56,357 bases of DNA from a virus (lineage: Duplodnaviria; Caudoviricetes): IMG/VR virus record IMGVR_UViG_3300047509_000227, positions 1-56,357 of that record. One strand, written 5' to 3'. Shown here in pieces: positions 37,683 through 45,774 of this stretch. The position numbers were made by a program, and so were the translations under genes. The notes below the pieces were generated by a model. It made no database searches. It was not told the origin of the DNA and saw only the letters and a list, made by a program, of their open reading frames with translations. The stretch's first letter is position 1; the number at the start of each line of letters is the position of its first letter.

Positions 37683-38615
37683 TCAAACTCCCATCATAAG
37701 AGAGGTGTCGCCAGGTGTAGGGGTCGAAGGCGTATAATTGATAACAATTAGGCCAGCACCACCAGCGCCACCAGCACCACCAGTTGTTGCACTACAACCA
37801 CCTCCACCTCCACCACCTCCATAAATCCCGCCATTGCCGCCACCACCAACTGCCGTCGCATTGCCACCACCTCCACCTCCACCACCGCCAGACCCATGAG
37901 TAGCGTCAAAAGCTGTTGTTATGGCGCCATTACCACCAGTGGCATCGCCTATGAACGGAGCACCACCGCCACCACCACCGCCAGTTCCCACCGTGCCATT
38001 GGAAGCCGGTACACCTGTTGAGCCGCCGGCACCTCCACCTGTACCAGCAGGCCCGCTACCACCAGCGCCACCAATCGTTGCTGAACCCTGTACTCCATTG
38101 GTAGAAGACGTGCCACGAGAGCCGCCTCCTCCACCACCGCCAGCAGTGCCATTGGCACTCGCGCCATTTGCTGTCCCTGCTCCAGTTCCTGAAGCTGCGC
38201 CTCCACCCCCTCCGCCACCGCGGTTTATAGTCGCATTTGCAGCAGCACCAGGCCCCCCACCCATAAGAGCATCTCCAATAGATGCTGCACTCGTGCCTTG
38301 TCCACCAGATGTTATACCAACAGCATTACGACCAAAATCAGCCGATACGATCGTATTTGAATTGTTATCCATTAAAAAAGTAGCAAGCTGAGAACCCGCC
38401 GCCGGAATTTGCACTGTTACAGTGGTTCCAGGAAACAACCCTGCATTTATTTTTTTCGCGTATGCTCCACCACCACCGGCAGCACCAGCACGTGTATTTG
38501 CAAGACCAGCAGCGCCATTGCCGCCAGGCCCAATACATTCAATCGTATTATTGCTGCTATTCCAGTCAGCAGGAACCAGCCACGTCGCACCGGAAGTTAG
38601 AAAGATTTGCGTCAC
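37683..38615 (-). CDS. Glycine-rich tail fibre-like protein
   Basis: TWLVPADW..IECIGPGG..GGGGAY..GAGLIVINY. Confidence 0.8.
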   Translation of the reverse strand: MTQIFLTSGATWLVPADWNSSNNTIECIGPGGNGAAGLANTRAGAAGGGGAYAKKINAGLFPGTTVTVQIPAAGSQLATFLMDNNSNTIVSADFGRNAVGITSGGQGTSAASIGDALMGGGPGAAANATINRGGGGGGGAASGTGAGTANGASANGTAGGGGGGGSRGTSSTNGVQGSATIGGAGGSGPAGTGGGAGGSTGVPASNGTVGTGGGGGGGAPFIGDATGGNGAITTAFDATHGSGGGGGGGGGNATAVGGGGNGGIYGGGGGGGGCSATTGGAGGAGGAGLIVINYTPSTPTPGDTSLMMGV

Positions 38616-38627
38616 AAACCTTCAGCC

Positions 38628-39359
38628 TTACGTTGACTGCACGAAGAGCGCCGTCACTTCAAGCGCTGTCGTTGCCGTCGCACATTGCGCCGTCCAGTTA
38701 TTTGCCGCCGTCGTCTGTGAGAAGCCCGATCCAGCCGGAACCATAAACCCTCTCGTCTCCAGCGTCGGCACCTCAAAGGTCGCGATAATTGTTCCTGCCG
38801 TCGCGTCGCGAATATCGACCTTCGTCGTCGAAGCGCCAGAGTTCGCGAAGATCAGCCCGTAGAGGTCGTTAAAGACTCCCGCGGCGCCTGCAGTCACAAT
38901 CGTCGTCTCGGCAGTCGAGTTGCTAATGCTCGTCTTCTGCGACTTCTTGAGTTCCCTCGGGGCGCCATCAACCGTGACGACCTTGCCCGTTTTCGTCAGC
39001 ATCGCATTAACGACCTGACCATCCGCCACGCCCGCAGGATTGGTTGTCGCCGCCCTGCCACCCGTCGTCACTGGAGGATTGGCCACAGCAGCACCGCTTG
39101 CGGTCTGCCCGTCAACCGCAATAGCAACAGGCACGCTAAAGAAATTGACAAAGAGAGATTTCAAAAACCCAACCACCGTGCCAGTGGCCTGCGTATCGCC
39201 AATCGTCCCCTCTGTCGTATCCGCCCCATTCGCAATCGTGACTGGTCCTCCACCTCCCCCTCCCGAGATCACTGCCACTGGCAGCGGCGTCGTTGGCGTG
39301 ACCGGAATACTCTGCTCTGGCAGCGCGAGCGACTTCTGATATTTGATTGGGTCAGCCAC
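38628..39359 (-). CDS. Putative virion structural protein
   Basis: Thr/Ala/Gly-rich beta protein. Confidence 0.65.
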   Translation of the reverse strand: MADPIKYQKSLALPEQSIPVTPTTPLPVAVISGGGGGGPVTIANGADTTEGTIGDTQATGTVVGFLKSLFVNFFSVPVAIAVDGQTASGAAVANPPVTTGGRAATTNPAGVADGQVVNAMLTKTGKVVTVDGAPRELKKSQKTSISNSTAETTIVTAGAAGVFNDLYGLIFANSGASTTKVDIRDATAGTIIATFEVPTLETRGFMVPAGSGFSQTTAANNWTAQCATATTALEVTALFVQST

Positions 39360-39957
39360 TTAGCACCTCACCTTCGACTACGAGACCACCGCGAAGCGGA
39401 GGCGCCTCTACGAAATTGACATTGATATTCACGCCCCCCTGCTGTGGCTGGCCACCCTTGGCCATCGCAGTCGCAGTAGTTGGCTGGAGACAGAGTTCGG
39501 CCAGGTCCATGAGTTCTCTCTTGGTCCACTTCTCGGGTTCGTCCGCAAGCCTAGCCTGCAATTCATCGAGCGAGGAGAGTCCCAGGTCCTTCATCCGCAG
39601 CAGCACATCCGCGAACACCAACTGCCTCTCAGCCGCATACGTCGAGACCAACTCTGCAAACGACGGATCGCTTCGGAGTCTCGAGAGATAGGCCGGATTA
39701 TAGCCCGTCATCATCGAGACTTCCGTATTATCCTTCCCCTGGGCAATGAGCTGCGCCAGCCGATGATGTGCCGTCGTCACCCGAACGAGGGACTGCCCAG
39801 ACGCTCGCGCTTGACTTGCCAGAACCGCCGGTACGTCCTCTACCGTCAGTCCCCTCACGACCTCGATCACGAGCGGCGCCCCGCGCCTACCTTGGGCAGA
39901 GCCAAAGACCGCGTCGAGGTCCACCAGCAGTTCTTGTGGCTCGTCGCCCTGTGGCAT
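39352..39957 (-). CDS. Probable terminase small subunit
   Basis: HTH (HHRLAQL..TEVSMMTGYNPAYLSRL), helical core, C-terminal VNINVNF strand. Confidence 0.55.
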   Translation of the reverse strand: MPQGDEPQELLVDLDAVFGSAQGRRGAPLVIEVVRGLTVEDVPAVLASQARASGQSLVRVTTAHHRLAQLIAQGKDNTEVSMMTGYNPAYLSRLRSDPSFAELVSTYAAERQLVFADVLLRMKDLGLSSLDELQARLADEPEKWTKRELMDLAELCLQPTTATAMAKGGQPQQGGVNINVNFVEAPPLRGGLVVEGEVLSG

Positions 39958-40391
39958 CAGCCCGACGCCGCGGCAGTCGCCGGTGGCAGCTGTGCCTTAT
40001 TGAGGGCCACCGTTAGCGCCTTCTCTGCCTCTGGACTTTTCGCCACTCCCGCAGTCACAATCCTCTGCAACTGCTGTGGGTTGGCCGCGTGGATGATCTC
40101 TGGTGCGATCGACCCCGAAGTCGCTGCTGCAATCGTCCTCTCAACGACCGAGTCCTGAGCCTGCTTCTGCTTAAAGTAGCTCCACGCCCCACCAACCACC
40201 CCTGCCAGCAGCGAGAACACCATCCCACTGACCAAGAGCGTCAAATTCGGATCGCTAAAGCCATGGGCATTCAGCCAGCCCACAATGAGCCCCGTCGCGA
40301 TGCCGGAGGCCCCAATAAGGACGCTCAACAGCATGCTGTCCATTCTGGTCGAGCCGGTTGTGAAGGGCAGGACTGGCACGCTCGTCGCCAT
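39957..40391 (-). CDS. Holin-like membrane protein
   Basis: Two TM helices; in the lysis cluster. Confidence 0.6.
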   Translation of the reverse strand: MATSVPVLPFTTGSTRMDSMLLSVLIGASGIATGLIVGWLNAHGFSDPNLTLLVSGMVFSLLAGVVGGAWSYFKQKQAQDSVVERTIAAATSGSIAPEIIHAANPQQLQRIVTAGVAKSPEAEKALTVALNKAQLPPATAAASG

Positions 40392-40396
40392 GACGA

Positions 40397-40594
40397 TTAT
40401 CCCTTCGCCGCGGCGCCGAGCGCCGCGTCTACGTCCGGCTGCTGAAGATTGAGAGCATCGACCGCTGCCTTCAAATCTGCATCAATTTTCGCCCGATCCC
40501 CCTCCGTCATCCCCGACTTGAGTTGGTTGATCAGCGAGATCCCACCACTTACGAGTGCGAGGGCTGCCTGTGCAGCGCCCAGATAATCAAACAT
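40397..40594 (-). CDS. Small lysis-associated protein
   Basis: Hydrophobic N-terminus plus helix. Confidence 0.55.
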   Translation of the reverse strand: MFDYLGAAQAALALVSGGISLINQLKSGMTEGDRAKIDADLKAAVDALNLQQPDVDAALGAAAKG

Positions 40595-40617
40595 CCTCTT
40601 CTCTCCGCTGTGATAGA

Positions 40618-41067
40618 TTAGGTCGAGCCTGGCGTGACGCCCTTGATGGTGGCAACTGCGGCGGTTGCTTTCGCAATCGCCTCATTGATGGATTGCAAAT
40701 CCGGGTGCATCCCAGCGTCGATCGCTGCCTGCGCCGCCACAGCCGCGTCGTTGGCCTTATTCACCCAACTCACGCCCGTGTCGTAGGCGATTTTTGCCTC
40801 CGCCGCACTCGAGCCCTTCAGCAGCCCAACGCTCGCGGCGAACTTCATCCCGTCGCCCGCTGTGTGCACAGCACCCGCAGCGAATGTAATTCCCACCTTG
40901 GCCTTATTGAGGGCCGTCTGCGCGGCACTTGTTACAGAAGATGGTGCAGCCGGAAGTATCTGTGTCTGCCCAAGCGCCCCGCTCAGGGCAGTACACCCCG
41001 CCAGCGGCCCAAACGCTAGCGCGAGTGCCAATGCTGTACATTTCAGAAGTCGCATTTTATTCTCCAT
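40618..41067 (-). CDS. Lipoprotein (spanin-like)
   Basis: Lipobox LAGC after a hydrophobic helix. Confidence 0.7.
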   Translation of the reverse strand: MENKMRLLKCTALALALAFGPLAGCTALSGALGQTQILPAAPSSVTSAAQTALNKAKVGITFAAGAVHTAGDGMKFAASVGLLKGSSAAEAKIAYDTGVSWVNKANDAAVAAQAAIDAGMHPDLQSINEAIAKATAAVATIKGVTPGST

Positions 41068-41491
41068 CCTTCAGCGCCAGCGCCACGCCAGCCTCGAGAT
41101 CGGCCTCGGCGAAGTGCCATCCGCCACACTCATGAGTGGAGATCGCCTTCGCCAACTTTTCCAGAACGATCGGATTGTGCATCTCGAGCGTCGCGTCCGC
41201 CCCCACACCGAGATCTCTGGCAACGTCCTCAACGTAGGCCGCGGTGTTGTTCTCACTCGATGGTGCCCAGCGACTGATAATGCCTCGGACGGTGTTCAGA
41301 CCATGCAAATGGCTGTAGTTCAGCAATACTGTGGCGAGCGCCCTGAAGCCCCACTTCGGCGAGACAAAAACGGCGAAGCGATGCTCGCTGAGTTGGGCCG
41401 GAGTCATCGCCCCGCGGGGCCGTAGGCCCTGCCAGTGGTCGCCCGCGTCGAGATTGCCTGGGTTCGCGTTCCGAAGGGCTCGAACTACCAT
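41057..41491 (-). CDS. Endolysin, lysozyme-like fold
   Basis: RNANPGNL..FAVF..GFRA..ISRWAPSSENNT..Y..HE. Confidence 0.8.
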   Translation of the reverse strand: MVVRALRNANPGNLDAGDHWQGLRPRGAMTPAQLSEHRFAVFVSPKWGFRALATVLLNYSHLHGLNTVRGIISRWAPSSENNTAAYVEDVARDLGVGADATLEMHNPIVLEKLAKAISTHECGGWHFAEADLEAGVALALKDGE

Positions 41492-41880
41492 CTCAGCCTA
41501 TCTATGTCCTTGCCTCGTAGGCGCGCCGTTTGGCGCGGAGCATGGGGGTGCGGTCAGTCCCAGCGAGGGGGCGTGTCGAGGCGCACAAACTGACCACACC
41601 CGCACCATGCGGCTGCAGTGGCGCACATTATGAGGAGTGGCGCAAGGAGGGCTGGGGCGGCTGCGGCGATGGCGTGGGCCGGGGACGCTTCGCACAGCTA
41701 CTGCTTGTGGGCAAGGAAGAGAAGGAAGAGAGAGGTGGCCAGGGTGTTTTGGCAAAAAATGGGAAGGAGAGTTGAGACGTACCCAAAAAGAGATCCTTTC
41801 AGGCCAGTCCCCCCGGCCTGCCCAGGATGGTCGCAGTCGGTCCCGGGACCCGGGCGGTTCCACTGGTCATAGCGCGGGAA

Positions 41881-41896
41881 TGTTTCACGTGAAACA
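41881..41896. promoter_or_regulatory. parS: Perfect consensus parS site
   Basis: TGTTTCACGTGAAACA, intergenic. Confidence 0.85.
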
Positions 41897-41922
41897 AAAC
41901 AGGCGCCCTTGCGAGGCGCCTG
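41896..41922 (-). terminator. Terminator of 41946..42554, abutting parS
   Basis: CAGGCGCCTC-GCAA-GGGCGCCTG then TTTTGTTT. Confidence 0.7.
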
Positions 41923-41945
41923 CTCTGCATTCATTTGACCTGACG

Positions 41946-42554
41946 TTAGAGGCCGAGTTGATCCGCCGAAACCGGACCAGCCTTGGCCAACTTCTCGGCC
42001 TCGGCCTTTGCCTTTTCGGCCTTCGCAGCCAAGTCCTTCACACGCTTCTCGGCGTCCTTACGCAGCCGGTCGCCGTGCGTCTTGGTGACGTTCTCGCGCA
42101 TCTGTTCCAACGTGCGCGTCTGGCCATTCGCGAATTGAACGACCTCGTCCTCGGTCGGCAGTTTGCGACCCTTCGGGAACTTAATGCCGTTGCCCGCGAG
42201 GGTGTTCGCAATGTGCGCGTCCACCATCGAGTTGAACTCGCGTTCAATTGGGTCAAGGCGCGGACCGCGTCCCGAACCGATCTCGCCCTCATAAATCGCG
42301 GCAAGGGCTTTCGCGACCAGTTCGTCCTTCTTGGCCTCGATTTCCGCCTCGGTCAACGCGACCGCCTCGGTTCCGTTCTTCTTGGCCTCGGCCTCGCGTG
42401 CCGCAGTCGTGCTCTGCTTCCACGCTGTAACCTTCGACGCCTGCTCATTACCCAAGAAGTGGGTCACGCCTTTGGCCAGAAGACTTTCGATGGACGGCTG
42501 GGGAACCATCGAAAAGTCGATGGCATTGCCAGCGTATTCGTATGTGAACTGCAT
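41946..42554 (-). CDS. Lys/Glu-rich protein ending SADQLGL, with its own promoter and terminator
   Basis: SD CGGAG; start MQFTYEY. Confidence 0.8.
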   Translation of the reverse strand: MQFTYEYAGNAIDFSMVPQPSIESLLAKGVTHFLGNEQASKVTAWKQSTTAAREAEAKKNGTEAVALTEAEIEAKKDELVAKALAAIYEGEIGSGRGPRLDPIEREFNSMVDAHIANTLAGNGIKFPKGRKLPTEDEVVQFANGQTRTLEQMRENVTKTHGDRLRKDAEKRVKDLAAKAEKAKAEAEKLAKAGPVSADQLGL

Positions 42555-42601
42555 GGTGATGACTCCGTTGTGGAACGACCCAATGCCGTTCCGATCCAAC
42601 A

Positions 42602-42630
42602 AATGTACGCGCATCAACGGCTGATTGCAA
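42602..42630 (-). promoter_or_regulatory. Sigma70-type promoter with an operator-like site in the spacer
   Basis: TTGCAA-17-TACATT; ATCAACGGCTGAT at 42613-42625. Confidence 0.55.
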
Positions 42631-42860
42631 CGGTCCCGGTCAATTTTTGTTGGCCAGTCCAATCACGAAATGTTACCGGCCAACGGGCGGCGGATGTTAA
42701 CCATGCCGAGTTGGGGCCGATCCGGCCCAGTCGCAAGCGCCCACCTGAACCCTTCGACTACCATCTGCCCCAACGCCCGAGGTCACTCGATAGAGTTGCT
42801 AGTGGTAGTGGTATGGAATCTCGAAATCTGTCGGGAGTCGGTAACGAATGGGACGGGCCA

Positions 42861-43040
42861 AATGTCGGGGGCCAGTTGACCGCAGAGCTGCGGATGTCGG
42901 CCCCCATATGTCGGTCCCCATATGTTGCGACCGGGACGGCACCCCTCCACCACCCACTCCGCCACACTGGATGCCGACCATGGGGCAGGCGTGCCAGTAG
43001 TCCAGTTCTTTTATTATATAAATTTTATTTTTTTTTTAAG
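42861..43040. other. Candidate origin or packaging region: iteron-like repeats plus AT tract
   Basis: ATGTCGGYCCCCAT tandem repeat; 31-nt pure A/T run at 43009-43039. Confidence 0.45.
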
Positions 43041-43253
43041 ACTGCCCCCTGACGGCACCCCCCTGCCCTACCATCCGCCCTACTGAGCCGAGAGTGTCAC
43101 CGGAGGGCACGCCGTCCACGGTCACAAATGGACCCCCATTGCTGGAGCCCCACAATCACGGCATATAATCGCCCCAACGTCACCCGGCCCACCATCAACC
43201 ATCTATACCTACCGATAGCCAGCCACCAAAGACAGAGGAGCCTGCCTTCGGAA

Positions 43254-43445
43254 ATGACTCAGCCACTCATTCTGCATCATCGACCGAGGACGCCCTGGAT
43301 CGAGCAAATTCCCGAGCCGCGTTACTGCATGGCCTGCACATGCGGCTTTACCGTCAAAAGCATCTGGGCCTCTGTAGTCAGGATACAAATAGAGCAACAC
43401 CTTAGAGAAGGAAATTTCGGATGCCAATCTCCCAAGAGCGAATGA
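43254..43445 (+). CDS. Small zinc-finger-like protein
   Basis: HHRP..CTCG..QH. Confidence 0.5.
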   Translation: MTQPLILHHRPRTPWIEQIPEPRYCMACTCGFTVKSIWASVVRIQIEQHLREGNFGCQSPKSE

Positions 43446-44050
43446 TCGCCCTGACGAACGCGGGACTCGACTACCAGCAGGCTCTGCACTCTGTCCTCGA
43501 CTTCGTCAACGATCAAACCAGCCGGATCAACTCCGGGGCCATTACTTCAGCCGAGGCCATGATGGCTATCTCTACACTCGCGGCAAGCGAGTCGGGACTT
43601 CTCAACAACAAGGCAGACTCTCAGACCACTCTTGCCCTCGAAAGCCGCCATTGGTTGAAGGCTGCAAAGCGGAATGAGCGTGAACGGGGCAGACTCGCGC
43701 GCAAGCGCCTCGCTGATGGCAAACCGAAGGGGATTTTCGACACAGCCCCAAAATCACTCTCACACACCGCCATGCGGAGAGATGAGTCGATATTGCAAGC
43801 CACAGGGAATGTCCGCCCGAGAAATGACTACCAACAGCGTAGCTTGCAAGCAGGGGGCAAGCCCCCCGAACTGATCGAAGCGGCGAGTCGGCTCTCGCCC
43901 GAGGCCATTGCAGAGATCGACCGACTCGTTGCCGCGAGTCCCCCAAGTGGGGCGACCATTCCACCACTCACTGGCGACATGGCCGAGGATATTGCGGCCG
44001 ACCTCGATGATCCGACCATTCCACAAGCCCCAGACATCGGCGACGACTGA
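43421..44050 (+). CDS. Hypothetical early protein
   Basis: 209 aa; basic RERGRLARKR; acidic tail. Confidence 0.65.
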   Translation: MPISQERMIALTNAGLDYQQALHSVLDFVNDQTSRINSGAITSAEAMMAISTLAASESGLLNNKADSQTTLALESRHWLKAAKRNERERGRLARKRLADGKPKGIFDTAPKSLSHTAMRRDESILQATGNVRPRNDYQQRSLQAGGKPPELIEAASRLSPEAIAEIDRLVAASPPSGATIPPLTGDMAEDIAADLDDPTIPQAPDIGDD

Positions 44051-44123
44051 TCGGGCTTCGCCCGCTCGAAATATAAAGTGATCGAGAAATGTGAGAAAAG
44101 TGGGCAGATTTGGTGCGAGGGCA

Positions 44124-44152
44124 TTGACACGGCCATCGCCATATGCCACAAT
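44124..44152 (+). promoter_or_regulatory. Sigma70-type early promoter
   Basis: TTGACA-17-CACAAT. Confidence 0.6.
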
Positions 44153-44253
44153 GCGCCATGACTCAGTCTCTCCCATTTCAGGCGCTGACTTTCTCGCCTG
44201 TCCTCGCACAGCCCGATCTGGCACCCTTCCCCATGCCACCGAGGGCAACAACA

Positions 44254-44400
44254 ATGAGGCATCGGCAGATTTATCGCCTGCTCGTTCGGCAAGGCCATTC
44301 GGCTCAGAAAGCAGCAGAGATCGTACTCGATGCTGTGAGGAAAGATGTGTGGGCGAGAAGATGGATCGGGCTTGTGTTCAAGAGTAGGAGATTTCAATGA
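44254..44400 (+). CDS. Small hypothetical protein
   Basis: MRHRQIYRLL...; ATGA coupled downstream. Confidence 0.6.
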   Translation: MRHRQIYRLLVRQGHSAQKAAEIVLDAVRKDVWARRWIGLVFKSRRFQ

Positions 44401-44452
44401 AACGATGTGATCAGTGTGGGAGTGCGAAGCGCTCCAGACTGGGGGCACGACG

Positions 44453-44749
44453 ATGAGCCGAGGCAATACGCTTACAGCAAATACCACAACCAACACCATT
44501 ATGCGGTCGAAAGCATTCGCGGCAGGCGTTGAAGACGCCCTCCTAGGTCTGAAATACGATGACTCGTGGGACGGTGACTGGTACTATGAGTACGGTCGGT
44601 TGTGGCAGGTCACGACGAAGGCAACTCGGGTGTATGTCAGCAAGGGCCAAGTCGATGGCCTTCAGCAGATGTCATTCAACCGCTGCTATGGGAGAGAGAT
44701 CCCGGTTGCGCTCGTGCACCTGCCATCGGCAGACGAACTGGGACTGTAG
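44453..44749 (+). CDS. Early protein ending SADELGL
   Basis: AFAAGVEDA..WYYEYGR. Confidence 0.75.
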   Translation: MSRGNTLTANTTTNTIMRSKAFAAGVEDALLGLKYDDSWDGDWYYEYGRLWQVTTKATRVYVSKGQVDGLQQMSFNRCYGREIPVALVHLPSADELGL

Positions 44750-44757
44750 GAGTGCAA

Positions 44758-44949
44758 ATGATGAGTAAACGCTGTGACCAGTGTGGGAGGGAATTTGTCC
44801 CGCCAGCAGACGCCCCGCACAAACGCTTCTGTCAAACTGGCTGTCGCCAGACCTGGCATACGCTGCGGCGGCAGGCGGCGATGCAGCTACTCCGGGCAAC
44901 GACAGGCGACAAGGCCGCCCAAAAGTCTGCAACGGAGTTGGGCCTATGA
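44758..44949 (+). CDS. Zinc-finger early protein ending SATELGL
   Basis: CDQCG..KRFCQTGCR; SD AGGAG. Confidence 0.75.
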   Translation: MMSKRCDQCGREFVPPADAPHKRFCQTGCRQTWHTLRRQAAMQLLRATTGDKAAQKSATELGL

Positions 44950-45173
44950 TGGGCGAGCGCATAAATGCCTACACGCAGGCCTCGCCAGATGGTCGGCCGG
45001 GAGTCGTCGTGGACATCGAGGGCATGATGGTCGATCTCGTGACCTTTGTAAAGGCTATGGCCATCAACTCGGTCGTCCAGGAGGACCTGTGTAAGGCGAG
45101 GTTCTTTCAGGCCCTCGAAGAGGTCTGGCAAAACGTGCAGGTCGCCGTGAGCGACGACTCGACGAAGCAATAG
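44946..45173 (+). CDS. Hypothetical protein
   Basis: ATGA coupling. Confidence 0.6.
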   Translation: MMGERINAYTQASPDGRPGVVVDIEGMMVDLVTFVKAMAINSVVQEDLCKARFFQALEEVWQNVQVAVSDDSTKQ

Positions 45174-45200
45174 CGCGCAACGCGCACAACACTTTAGGAG

Positions 45201-45305
45201 ATGACCGTGGCAGATACGATTATTACTGCGTTGGCTTGGCCCGCAGCCGTTGCCTTCGGCATCTGGCTTGCCGTTGGCTTCTTTCTTCACGTCATCTCTC
45301 ACTGA
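45201..45305 (+). CDS. Small membrane peptide
   Basis: SD AGGAG; IITALAWPAAVAFGIWLAVGFFL. Confidence 0.5.
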   Translation: MTVADTIITALAWPAAVAFGIWLAVGFFLHVISH

Positions 45306-45770
45306 GTGAGGGCAGCTATGACCGGCGTACCACAGGTGATCGTGACGCTCGATCCGCAGGGCAAACTTGTGGCGGAGCTTCCGGGAATACAGGCAACACG
45401 GCGGCAGGTCCATATGCGCTCGGGCGAGGCCGAACAGACCCTCTTGCGAATTTTGACCAACCAGTTGACCTCGGCGGTCGAGATTGGCCTCGATGGTGCG
45501 CCGACGCAGAGGCAGGTCGATCACTGGGAGAGGCATCAGACCTGGCCGAAGGAGGGCTGCAGGTGGTGCATCGCCGAAGGGCGCATTGCCACAGGCATCT
45601 CTTCGAGGCGACGGAATGAATTTCTCGTCGCGGGGGGTGATGTGACGGTGCGGAGGCTGAAGCCGAAGGAGAGTGGGCTGCCGAAGAAGGCGAAGGCCAA
45701 GAGGGTTCCGACAATTGTAGTGGTTCAGCATGGCCGGAAGCCGCGCAGCGCAGAAGAGTTGGGGCTCTGA
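45306..45770 (+). CDS. Early protein ending SAEELGL
   Basis: H..RH..CRWC; basic tail. Confidence 0.75.
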   Translation: MRAAMTGVPQVIVTLDPQGKLVAELPGIQATRRQVHMRSGEAEQTLLRILTNQLTSAVEIGLDGAPTQRQVDHWERHQTWPKEGCRWCIAEGRIATGISSRRRNEFLVAGGDVTVRRLKPKESGLPKKAKAKRVPTIVVVQHGRKPRSAEELGL

Positions 45771-45774
45771 GACG

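Noticed and set aside
37683-38615. Tandem repeat array or diversity-generating retroelement target
   Set aside because: Repeats are Gly codons; no reverse transcriptase or template/variable repeat pair was seen
41946-41970. ELGL/QLGL as the canonical beta-clamp motif
   Set aside because: Only one copy has Gln and none has the terminal Phe of QL[S/D]LF; kept only as a candidate partner
41637-43052. 471-aa + strand ORF and other long antisense ORFs (e.g. 31126..32382, 29101..30162, 8457..9512)
   Set aside because: Shadow frames of real genes in high-GC DNA, with no motifs
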